DNA of 64,000 nt from an uncultured delta proteobacterium (GTDB lineage Bacteria > Myxococcota_A > Polyangia > Fen-1088), in contig CAWCMR010000005.1 in the NCBI GenBank assembly GCA_963796685.1, forward strand, positions 160,001 to 224,000. The letters run 5' to 3'. Positions within the stretch are counted from its first letter, which is position 1. Every line of letters begins with the position of its first letter. The position numbers and the translations under genes were made by a program. The notes under the pieces were generated by a model. The model ran no database searches and was not told the DNA's origin. It saw only the letters and a list, made by a program, of their open reading frames with translations. Below are positions 1-8,436 of the stretch, piece after piece.

Positions 1-2121
1 CGCGCTTCGCGCAGCCGATTCGAGCTCGACTTGTCGCGCTTCGACGGCATGGTGCCCATCGAAATGCTCGGCTACGTCGAGTTTCCTCAGATTCGCAAGA
101 CGCCCTATCCTCTGACCCTGGGTCCCTACGGGCATCTATGGTTCGAGCTGCAACCCGCGTACGTCCCCAACGTGCTGAGCGTGGCGCCGATCATCGAGGG
201 CGACCAGGAACTGACGTTCACCGGGTGGGGAGACGTCATGACTGGCCCCGAGCGAGCCGAGCTCGACCGCAAGATCCCTGCCTTCTTGGCGCGCCAGCGC
301 TGGTTCGGTGGCAAGGCACGCACCATCGACACGGCGGCTGTTCGCGCGTGGGCGGAGATCGGCGATCTGGATGCGGCGCTCATCCTGGTCGACGTGCACT
401 ACACGGACGGCGCCTCGGACATCTACTCGATGCCACTCGTGCGGTTGGACGCCGAGCGCATTCAGGCGATCACCGAGAAGCACCCGGAAGTCGTGTTCGC
501 GCGCTGTCGGAACGGTCATGGGTCCATTTGCGATGCCACGTTCGACGACCGATTTTGCCAATGGCTGCTGACCGCGATCGAGCGCGAAGAGCGTCTCGAT
601 TTTTCGGCGGGCTTCATGCGGGCAACCGCCGGTCAGTTCTATTCCGACCTGCGCGGGGATAGGGCCACGCCGCTCACCGCACAACGAAGCAGCGCCGAGC
701 AAAGCAACACGTCGATCCGATACGGCGGCAACCTGATCTTGAAGCTCTTCCGCCACATCGAGGTTGGCCCCAATCCCGACTGTGAGATCACGAGGTACCT
801 GGCGGAGCAGCGCGGCCTCAGGAACATCCCCAAGTTCGGGGGCATGATCTTCCTTCAGTCGGACGGCGGGGAAGTCTCCACCCTGGGCATGCTGCAAGAG
901 CTGATCGACAACCAGGGTGACGGGTGGGCCTGGACGCTGGAAGAATTGTCGCGCTACTTCGAGAACTGCACCACCTCGCAGGTGCCCCCGGATCTCTTCG
1001 CGAGCAGTCAGCTTTCGATCGTCGCCCTGGCCGACCAGGGACTCTCCGCCGAGGCGTCCGATGCCATCGGAATCTACCTCGATGCCGCCGCCCATCTCGC
1101 CCGTCGTACCGCGGAAATGCACGTGGCGCTGGCCAGCGAGACCGACGACGAGAGCTTCGCGCCCAAGCCGCTCTCCAGCGCCGATCTGGTGAATCTTGCC
1201 CATGGGCTTCGAGAACGCGCGGGCCAAGCGATCCGAGAGCTCAAATCGGGGCTTGGGCGCTTGCCCGACGACATCGCCGACCTGGCGGGCTCGCTGCTCG
1301 CGCACCGGCGCTCGCTCTTGACCCATCTGGACGGGCTCGAAACGCTGGCGGTCAAGCTGCTCAAGTCCCGCGTTCACGGCGACTTCCACCTGGGCCAGGT
1401 GCTGCGGGTCAAGAACGACTTCGTGCTGCTCGATTTCGAGGGTGAGCCCGCTCGGCCGCTCGCCGAACGGCGAGGGATGCACTCGCCGCTCAAGGATGTC
1501 GCCGGCATGTTGCGCTCCTTCAGTTACGCCGCACACACGGCCTTCATGGCGCACGCCACGCGACGCCCCCAGTCCCCGGCCTCGCTCGAACCTTGGGCCA
1601 TCCTGTGGGAGAGGTGCGTGTCGGCCGTCTTTCTCAATGCCTATCGCGCCGCCACCAAGGGAACGCAGATCCTGCCCGAGGACTCGGCCACCCTGGAGCG
1701 ACTGCTCGACGCTTTCCTCATGGACAAGGCGCTTTACGAGCTCTCCTACCAGCTCGGCAATCGGCCGACCTGGGTGCGCATCCCCTTGCTGGGGATTCTC
1801 TCGCTGGCGCAAAACTGGCAGCTCGGATTCGCCGCGCGTTTCCGGCTAGAGAAACGATGGCCATGGCCGACGAGCCCACGCTTCTGCCTTCTGTCCTGGA
1901 GCGGATCGCCTCGCTCCATTCGGCCGATATCGCCGTCGGCATCGCCACGTACAACAACGCCGATACCGTCGGACCTGTGGTCGAAGCGACGCGGGCCGCC
2001 TTTCGCGAGCCGCTGGCCAACTGTCGAGGCGTCATCATCCATGCCGACGCGGGCTCGACCGACGACACGGGCGAGAAGCTCGCGAGCAAGGATCCGGCCG
2101 ACACGCCGGTCGTCGAGTTGA
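1..2121 (+). CDS. treS: Trehalose synthase-maltokinase fusion (TreS C-terminus + Mak/Pep2), 5' end outside window
   Basis: ELDLSRFDGMVPIEMLG..YPLTLGPYG.WF (TreS C-terminus), QRWFGGK, AEQSNTS, RVHGDFHLGQVL, DFEGEP, DVAGMLRSF maltokinase motifs. Recognisable sequence ends near 1805; the ORF reads on into the next gene. Apparent 1-nt insertion near base 19. Confidence 0.88.
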   Translation, partial: RASRSRFELDLSRFDGMVPIEMLGYVEFPQIRKTPYPLTLGPYGHLWFELQPAYVPNVLSVAPIIEGDQELTFTGWGDVMTGPERAELDRKIPAFLARQRWFGGKARTIDTAAVRAWAEIGDLDAALILVDVHYTDGASDIYSMPLVRLDAERIQAITEKHPEVVFARCRNGHGSICDATFDDRFCQWLLTAIEREERLDFSAGFMRATAGQFYSDLRGDRATPLTAQRSSAEQSNTSIRYGGNLILKLFRHIEVGPNPDCEITRYLAEQRGLRNIPKFGGMIFLQSDGGEVSTLGMLQELIDNQGDGWAWTLEELSRYFENCTTSQVPPDLFASSQLSIVALADQGLSAEASDAIGIYLDAAAHLARRTAEMHVALASETDDESFAPKPLSSADLVNLAHGLRERAGQAIRELKSGLGRLPDDIADLAGSLLAHRRSLLTHLDGLETLAVKLLKSRVHGDFHLGQVLRVKNDFVLLDFEGEPARPLAERRGMHSPLKDVAGMLRSFSYAAHTAFMAHATRRPQSPASLEPWAILWERCVSAVFLNAYRAATKGTQILPEDSATLERLLDAFLMDKALYELSYQLGNRPTWVRIPLLGILSLAQNWQLGFAARFRLEKRWPWPTSPRFCLLSWSGSPRSIRPISPSASPRTTTPIPSDLWSKRRGPPFASRWPTVEASSSMPTRARPTTRARSSRARIRPTRRSSS

Positions 2122-3146
2122 CCTATTCGCTGCTTCCCGGACAGAAGTTGGTCGCGCCCGATCACGATGTGCCGGACAAGGGCCGGGCCGTGAGGGCTAT
2201 TCTGCGCGCGGCCCAGCAGCTGCAGGCCAAGGTATGCGTGATCATGGCTCCCAACCTGCGCGGTGTCACCCCCGCCTCCATCGTGTCCCTGGCGCGCCCG
2301 ATCCTGGACGACAAGTTCGATTTCGTGGCGTCGTACTGCACCCGCCACAAGTTCGACGGCTTGGTGACGAGCGGTCTCGTCTATCCCGTGATTCGCGCGC
2401 TCTACGGCAAGCGTATTCGCCAGCCCATGGGAGGCGATTTCGCGGTATCCGCGCCGCTTGCGACGCACTATCTCGCGCAATACACGGGGGACGCGGACAA
2501 GGGCCGCATTGGCGTCGATCTCTGGATGCTGACGGAGGCCATCACCCGCGGTTTCAAATTGTGCCAGGCGCGGGTGGGGGCCGTGGCGCGCGTGTTTCGC
2601 GAGCCCTCCCCCGACCTCAGCTCGACCCTCGCCCAGGTCCTGACCGAGCTCTTCGATCTCGCCATTCGCGATATCTCGATCTGGCAGCGCCTGCGTGGCT
2701 CGGAGAACGTGCCTTTGCTGGGGTTGGCGCCGGAGTCTGCGGTAGGCGAGGTCGTCTTGGATCCGCAGCGGCTGATCGAATCGTTCGGCCTCGGCCACAA
2801 GAACCTGCAACCGGTGTGGGGTGCGATCCTGCCGCCGGCCACGATGCTCGTTCTCAAGCGAATGGCGGCGGGAACCCATGGCAGGTTCGTCTTTCCCGAC
2901 CAGACCTGGGTGCGCACGGTCTTCGACTTTGCGCTCGGCTACCGCCTGCGCATCATGAATCGAGACCATCTCTTGCGCGCCTTCACGCCGCTTTACCTGG
3001 CGTGGGTGGCCTCGTTCGCCAGTGAGATGCGTGACGCCGGGCCCGAGCAAGTGGAGCAGCGCTTCGAAGCTCTTTGTCTGGCCTTCGAGTCCGAGAAGCC
3101 GTATCTCATCTCCAGGTGGCGCTGGCCGGACCGATTCAATCCCTGA
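1857..3146 (+). CDS. GT2-like glycosyltransferase (glucosylglycerate/mannosylglycerate synthase-like)
   Basis: GIATYNNADT, DAGSTD, KGRA, RQPMGGDF and GVDLW motifs; trehalose-cluster context. Confidence 0.7.
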   Translation: MAMADEPTLLPSVLERIASLHSADIAVGIATYNNADTVGPVVEATRAAFREPLANCRGVIIHADAGSTDDTGEKLASKDPADTPVVELTYSLLPGQKLVAPDHDVPDKGRAVRAILRAAQQLQAKVCVIMAPNLRGVTPASIVSLARPILDDKFDFVASYCTRHKFDGLVTSGLVYPVIRALYGKRIRQPMGGDFAVSAPLATHYLAQYTGDADKGRIGVDLWMLTEAITRGFKLCQARVGAVARVFREPSPDLSSTLAQVLTELFDLAIRDISIWQRLRGSENVPLLGLAPESAVGEVVLDPQRLIESFGLGHKNLQPVWGAILPPATMLVLKRMAAGTHGRFVFPDQTWVRTVFDFALGYRLRIMNRDHLLRAFTPLYLAWVASFASEMRDAGPEQVEQRFEALCLAFESEKPYLISRWRWPDRFNP

Positions 3147-3172
3147 ACCAACCAGCGAGAAAGGGCACTTCC

Positions 3173-3874
3173 ATGTGGGAACACATCAACAAGGCACTGG
3201 GGGACGGCGTGCGCCGGGTTTTGCTAGGGGTAGCCAGTTTCCTTCCGGGGCTGGTGATTCTCATCTTGGCGCTCCTCGTCGCCAGCATCGTGGCCTGGGT
3301 CGTGAGTCGCATCACCCGCGGGCTACTGCGCTGGATCAAATTCGACAAACGCATGGAAGAGATCGGGTTCTCGGGCCTCGCCGATTGGTCGCCCAGCCGA
3401 AGTCCCACGCTCTTCGTCGCCAAGGTCGTCTGGTGGCTGATCATCGCGTTCGGGTTGCTGGTCGGCTTGGCGGGATTCGCCACGGATCTGGCATCGAAGA
3501 TCGTCGTGCAAACCATCGCCTACTTGCCCAATGTCCTGGTCGGGCTGGCCCTGCTGGCCATCGGCAACCTGCTGGCGCGATTTCTGGCGCGTGGGGCGCT
3601 CATCGGCGCCGTGAACCTTCAGATACGGTCCGCGCAGTTCGTCAGCCTGGTGGTCAAATGGTTGGTGCTGGTGATCACGGCCGCCATGGTCCTCGACCAC
3701 CTGCACATCGGTGGCGACATCGTGAAGCTCACGTTCGCCATCTTGTTCGGCGGGGTGGTGCTGGCGCTGGCGCTGGTGGTCGGTTTGGGCTGGCGGGAAC
3801 TCATCGAGCGCATCGGCGCGAAACCGACCAAGGAACATCCCGAAGACGAATCGAGTACCCTGCATCACCTGTAG
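3173..3874 (+). CDS. Membrane protein with TM-helix repeats (MscS/CmpX-like)
   Basis: FLPGL and YLPNV repeats, about six hydrophobic helices, ALALVVGLG. Confidence 0.65.
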   Translation: MWEHINKALGDGVRRVLLGVASFLPGLVILILALLVASIVAWVVSRITRGLLRWIKFDKRMEEIGFSGLADWSPSRSPTLFVAKVVWWLIIAFGLLVGLAGFATDLASKIVVQTIAYLPNVLVGLALLAIGNLLARFLARGALIGAVNLQIRSAQFVSLVVKWLVLVITAAMVLDHLHIGGDIVKLTFAILFGGVVLALALVVGLGWRELIERIGAKPTKEHPEDESSTLHHL

Positions 3875-4003
3875 AAGTGCCGAGTCGGACTGGCCGGGGC
3901 TAAGAGCGTGTCTGAAAAGCGATTGCAAGAGGACAGAGACGCGACAGCCGGACCGCCCACCTCCGCATTCAAGACTGGCGATCCAGCACTTTTCAGACAT
4001 CCG

Positions 4004-6220
4004 CTAAGGCTTCGTCGGCTTGCCGGGTGCGATCCAGGAATCGTCTTCGAAGGGGTCCTTGCCCTCTGCCACGGGAGTGTCGGCTTGCGGCGATGCGCCT
4101 TCGCCCCCTCCGGAAGTCTCGGAAAGCTTCTTCCGCGCGCTCGAAAGGTGCGTGCGAGCACGCGCGCGCGGTAAGGTCGGCGGGGCCACACGCGCAGGGA
4201 CCCGCAAAATATCCGCGTGTAGGGCGACGATGCGCCCCGGTGGCTGCACGAGCTCCTGCGCCCAGGATTGGTAGCCGGGATTGCCTTTGAGCTCGAGGAC
4301 ATGCGGGCCCGGCGCGATGCGCGTGGCGCGCAGGTTGGTGGTCGCCTGTTCGCCGTCCTGGTCGAGGAAAAGCGGTTGGCCGTCGAGCCATACCAGGAGG
4401 TTCGGAGGCGTGCTGGTCAGCGCAAACCCGGTATCCGGAGAAGGCTGGAGAACGACGTCCATTTCGCCCCGCTGGCCGGCACGGATCGAGATGTTCCGAT
4501 CGAAGGCGATGTAGCCGGGGCGGGAAACCGTGAGCCGGTAAATCCCTTCGCGCTTTTCGAGCCGGAAGGGCGGCCCCGGCCTAACCGGCCGGCCATCGAG
4601 CGCCAAGTGCGCGTCCACGGGCTTCACCGAGATCTGCACCATTCCCGATCGGGGAACGAGCAGATAGGTGCCTACGCCCCCGACGAGAAGGAACAGCACG
4701 AACAGCAGGAAGTACCTTGGTTGCAGGTTTCGAACCCGGTCGAAGGCGGAGGCGAGGTTTGGGGCGGTTGGAGGGGCGCCTCGCCGCACAGGCGACAGGA
4801 TCGGGGTCCCGGGAAGGGGGGTCCAAGAACCAGCAGCAGGCGGACCGGAGCGCGGCGGCGGCGCGCCCTGAGGCGCTTGCGCTGCGGTTTCCCCGTCCGG
4901 GGACGATGCCGCGAAGCTCGGCACCGGCAGAGACATGAGGTCCGCGGGGCGCCCCGTCCTCCTCGACGTCCGCACCACCTTGGCAACGGCTACGGCGTCG
5001 TCGATCCTTGGCACGGGCCGGTCCGGTGGCGTCCGTGAATGCGGCGTCGGGGATGCTTCACCGGTCTCGGCGAGCAAATCCGGGTCGGGCTCGGTGACCA
5101 TCGTCTCGGCATCCTTGTCGGCAAGAAAGCTGTTGGTGTTCGACGGCGGTAGCCGCAGGGCGGGCCGATGCTCGAAGACCTCGGTTTCGAGCTCTTCCTC
5201 GTCCCAATCGAGGCCTTCGCTCTGGTTGGCCTGGTTGGCGAAGGTGTGCTTCATCCAATCGGCAAGACCCTTGCGCGAAGGGAGCCGTCCCAGCGCAAGG
5301 AGGAACTCCTCGATGGCCAGCCGGAAATCGCGCACATCCTGGTAGCGATCCCCCACGTCCTTCGCCAGCGCCTTGAGTAAGATGCCCTCGAGCGCCGCGG
5401 GCATGCGCGGGTCGAGCGAGGTGGGTAAGACGACTCGGCCGTCGCGTATCTTCTCCAGCGACGAGAAGTCGTCTTTCCCCGCGAACAGCTTTTCGCCTGC
5501 CAGCATTTCGAAGAGCAGAATGCCGAGGATGAAGATGTCGCTGCGATGGTCGACGGGTGAACCATGGACCTGCTCGGGCGACAGGTAACCCGACGCCGGC
5601 TTACGGATGCCCGGATGCGTTGCGGAGGTGCGAGCGCTCGTTCGCGCGACGCCCACGTCGATGAGCTTGACCTCGCCCTCGAAGCCCACCATCACGTCTT
5701 GCGGACACAGCGCGCGACGCACGAGGCTGAGCTGCCGACCCGCCTCGTCCCGCTGGCTGTGGACATAGTCGAGGCACTCGCAGAGTTGCATGATGACGTA
5801 GCAGGCCCAGGGCACCGGCATGACTTGCGCGCGAGCACGGAGGGTGTCGAAGATCGTGCGCAGATCGCGACCGTCGATGAATTCGAGCGCGACGAAATAG
5901 CTGTCTTCGAGCCTGCCCAGGTCGAGGACCTTGGCGATGTTTTCGTGGTGCATTTGGGCCGCGGTCTTCGCCTCTTCGATGAAGGTCCTGACCAGCTCCT
6001 GATCTTGCGCCAGGCTCGGCAGGATGCGCTTGAGCGCGACCGTACGCTCGAAGCCTTCGATCCCGAGGACGTTCGCCTTGAACACCTCCGCATGGTCGCC
6101 CACGCTCAGACGCTCGAGCAGCCTGTATTGGTGGGTCACCTTTTGCTGCGACGACGGCCCCGTTGTGACAGGGCTCGACAGCGTGCGACGGTCGACATTG
6201 CCGGATCCAGCTTTCGGCAT
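4004..6220 (-). CDS. Membrane Ser/Thr kinase-like protein with PEGA domain; probable pseudokinase
   Basis: VALKRI, YLSPE, DHRSDIF kinase motifs; Pro-rich linker, TM helix, PEGA-like C-terminus. HRD reads RRA and DFG reads DVG. Start uncertain (6220 or 6277). Confidence 0.85.
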   Translation of the reverse strand: MPKAGSGNVDRRTLSSPVTTGPSSQQKVTHQYRLLERLSVGDHAEVFKANVLGIEGFERTVALKRILPSLAQDQELVRTFIEEAKTAAQMHHENIAKVLDLGRLEDSYFVALEFIDGRDLRTIFDTLRARAQVMPVPWACYVIMQLCECLDYVHSQRDEAGRQLSLVRRALCPQDVMVGFEGEVKLIDVGVARTSARTSATHPGIRKPASGYLSPEQVHGSPVDHRSDIFILGILLFEMLAGEKLFAGKDDFSSLEKIRDGRVVLPTSLDPRMPAALEGILLKALAKDVGDRYQDVRDFRLAIEEFLLALGRLPSRKGLADWMKHTFANQANQSEGLDWDEEELETEVFEHRPALRLPPSNTNSFLADKDAETMVTEPDPDLLAETGEASPTPHSRTPPDRPVPRIDDAVAVAKVVRTSRRTGRPADLMSLPVPSFAASSPDGETAAQAPQGAPPPRSGPPAAGSWTPLPGTPILSPVRRGAPPTAPNLASAFDRVRNLQPRYFLLFVLFLLVGGVGTYLLVPRSGMVQISVKPVDAHLALDGRPVRPGPPFRLEKREGIYRLTVSRPGYIAFDRNISIRAGQRGEMDVVLQPSPDTGFALTSTPPNLLVWLDGQPLFLDQDGEQATTNLRATRIAPGPHVLELKGNPGYQSWAQELVQPPGRIVALHADILRVPARVAPPTLPRARARTHLSSARKKLSETSGGGEGASPQADTPVAEGKDPFEDDSWIAPGKPTKP

Positions 6221-6553
6221 CGCGGCCAACGAGATGCATGCACGATGCCACCAATATCCTTTGAAAATCTCGGACAAATCGGCGAAAGCTGAATAGAGAG
6301 CCTCGAGGGGACAGGTGGCAGAAAGTCACACGAGTCAAAATGCCACGGGGACTACTGCAGAACCATAATCCCCGCGACAGCCGCAGAAAGTCGTGGCCGG
6401 GGCGGCTTGTCACGTGGGGCAGCTCGCCACGCCTCCTTTGGAACCCATTGCACGTGGCTGGTGGCTCGATATTCGCGTTCGCGATTTGGCATTTCACGAA
6501 GGCATCTTCCAGGCTTGGGGAGATTGGAACGCGAGATCCATGCGGACGAGTGC

Positions 6554-8434
6554 ATGACCACAATCGTCAATTCGGAGCCATCGACCTCGACTGGGCACAC
6601 CAACGCCTGGTCCGCCCGCCTCGGTGCGACTCGCGCTGGCGGCGGCGTACGATTTCGGGTTTGGGCGCCGGTCGCTCGTGCGGTGGAGCTCGTGCTCGAA
6701 GACGGCTCGGATCGTGTGCTGGCCTTACGTCCAGACAGTGAGGGTTTCTACGAGACCACACTCGAAGGCGTGGTTTCCGGAACCCGCTATCGCTATCGCG
6801 TGGACGGACAGGGCCCATTTCCGGACCCGGCCTCGCGCCGGCAACCTCTAGGCGTGCATGGCCCGTCCGAGGTCGTCGATGCCGCCCGTTTCGCCTGGAC
6901 CGACCAGGGCTGGCCAGGAATCGAGATGGCGGACTTGGTGATTTACGAGCTGCACGTGGGGACGTTCTCCCCGTCGGGCACGTTCGCCGGCGTTCGCGAG
7001 AAGCTTTCCACCCTGCTCGAGCTGGGCATCACCGCCATCGAGCTGATGCCGGTGGCCGATTTCCCTGGGCAACACAACTGGGGTTACGACGGCGTTTGTC
7101 CGTTTGCCCCGGCCCGTTGCTATGGCGACAACGATGACCTGCGCGCGCTCGTCGACGCCGCCCACGGCATGGGTTTGGCGGTTCTGCTCGACGTGGTCTA
7201 CAACCACCTCGGCCCGGACGGCAACTACCTGGGCGTGTTCAGCCCCTTCATCAATAGCGAGAGCCACCACACGCCCTGGGGACAGGCCATCAATCTGGAC
7301 GGCCCGAGCTGCGGCCCCGTCCGCGCCTACTTCATCGAGAACGCCCTGCACTGGCTGTGCGAGTACCACTTCGACGGCCTTCGCTTGGACGCCACGCACG
7401 CCCTCGTCGACGAAAGCCCGCGTCACTTCCTCGCCGAATTGGCAGAGCAGGCACATGCACTGTCTGGTCCGCGCCGCCTCGTCATCGCCGAGGACGAGCG
7501 CAACCTGGCCGCGATCGTCCGACCCGGACACGAAGGCGGGATGTCACTCGACGGCGTGTGGGCCGACGATTTTCACCATCAGCTTCGCCGTCGCCTGGCC
7601 GGCGACAGCGACGGCTACTTCGCCGATTTCTCGGGTTCGGCGGACGATGTGGCCAAGACCATCGCCCGCGGCTTCTTCTTCCGTGGTCAGACGGTGCCTC
7701 GCCTCGGGCGCTCGCGCGGCAGCGATCCTTCCGGCATTCCCGCCGAGCGCTTCGTCTTCTGCATCCAAAACCACGACCAGGTCGGCAATCGCGCCCTGGG
7801 CGAACGCCTGCACCATCAAATCGATGCCGCTGCCTACCGGGCCGCGCTCGCGCTGCTCCTGCTTTCGCCCGAGACGCCGCTTTTGTTCATGGGCCAGGAA
7901 TGGGCGGCCAGCAGCCCCTTTCTTTACTTCACGGACCACAACCAAGAGCTTGGTCGACTGGTCACCGAGGGACGCCGTTCCGAGTTCAAGAGCTTTGCCG
8001 CGTTTTCGTCGCCCGACGCCCGCGCACGCATTCCGGATCCACAAGACGAGGCCACCTTCGCACGCAGCCGCCTCATCTGGGAAGAACGCGGACGCGAGCC
8101 GCACGCCCAGGTGCTGCAACTTCACCGGGCGCTGCTCGATGTGCGGCGACGGGCCGTCTCGAGAGCGCAGTGGCAAAGCACCGCCGTCGGCCCATCCGCC
8201 GTGTTGTTGCACTACGCCGAATACCAGGTGGTCACCTGGCTCGAAGGGTCGGGCCACATCGAGATCTCGTCGCGCACGAATCCGGCGGCTTGGACCGTGG
8301 TGCTGGACACGGAAGCTCCCGCCTTCTGCGGACGACCCCGGCCACCGCGGATCGAGCCCGCGGGCAACCGACTGCGCATCGCTTTCCAACGCCCGGGAGC
8401 CGTGGTCCTGCAAAGCTCCGGCCCGAGACTCTGA
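6554..8434 (+). CDS. treZ: Malto-oligosyltrehalose trehalohydrolase
   Basis: FRVWAP, YELHVGTF, NWGYDG, DVVYNHLGP, GLRLDATHAL, QNHDQVGNRA. Confidence 0.95.
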   Translation: MTTIVNSEPSTSTGHTNAWSARLGATRAGGGVRFRVWAPVARAVELVLEDGSDRVLALRPDSEGFYETTLEGVVSGTRYRYRVDGQGPFPDPASRRQPLGVHGPSEVVDAARFAWTDQGWPGIEMADLVIYELHVGTFSPSGTFAGVREKLSTLLELGITAIELMPVADFPGQHNWGYDGVCPFAPARCYGDNDDLRALVDAAHGMGLAVLLDVVYNHLGPDGNYLGVFSPFINSESHHTPWGQAINLDGPSCGPVRAYFIENALHWLCEYHFDGLRLDATHALVDESPRHFLAELAEQAHALSGPRRLVIAEDERNLAAIVRPGHEGGMSLDGVWADDFHHQLRRRLAGDSDGYFADFSGSADDVAKTIARGFFFRGQTVPRLGRSRGSDPSGIPAERFVFCIQNHDQVGNRALGERLHHQIDAAAYRAALALLLLSPETPLLFMGQEWAASSPFLYFTDHNQELGRLVTEGRRSEFKSFAAFSSPDARARIPDPQDEATFARSRLIWEERGREPHAQVLQLHRALLDVRRRAVSRAQWQSTAVGPSAVLLHYAEYQVVTWLEGSGHIEISSRTNPAAWTVVLDTEAPAFCGRPRPPRIEPAGNRLRIAFQRPGAVVLQSSGPRL

Positions 8435-8436
8435 CC

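Noticed and set aside
1805-2121. Long overlap of the treS-maltokinase ORF with the glycosyltransferase
   Set aside because: The extension is low-complexity off-frame translation, most likely a lost or miscalled stop
7357-8436. Long N-terminal extensions and antisense ORFs (treY 1334 aa, otsB 942 aa and others)
   Set aside because: Shadow ORFs typical of high-GC DNA, Arg/Pro-rich, with no motifs
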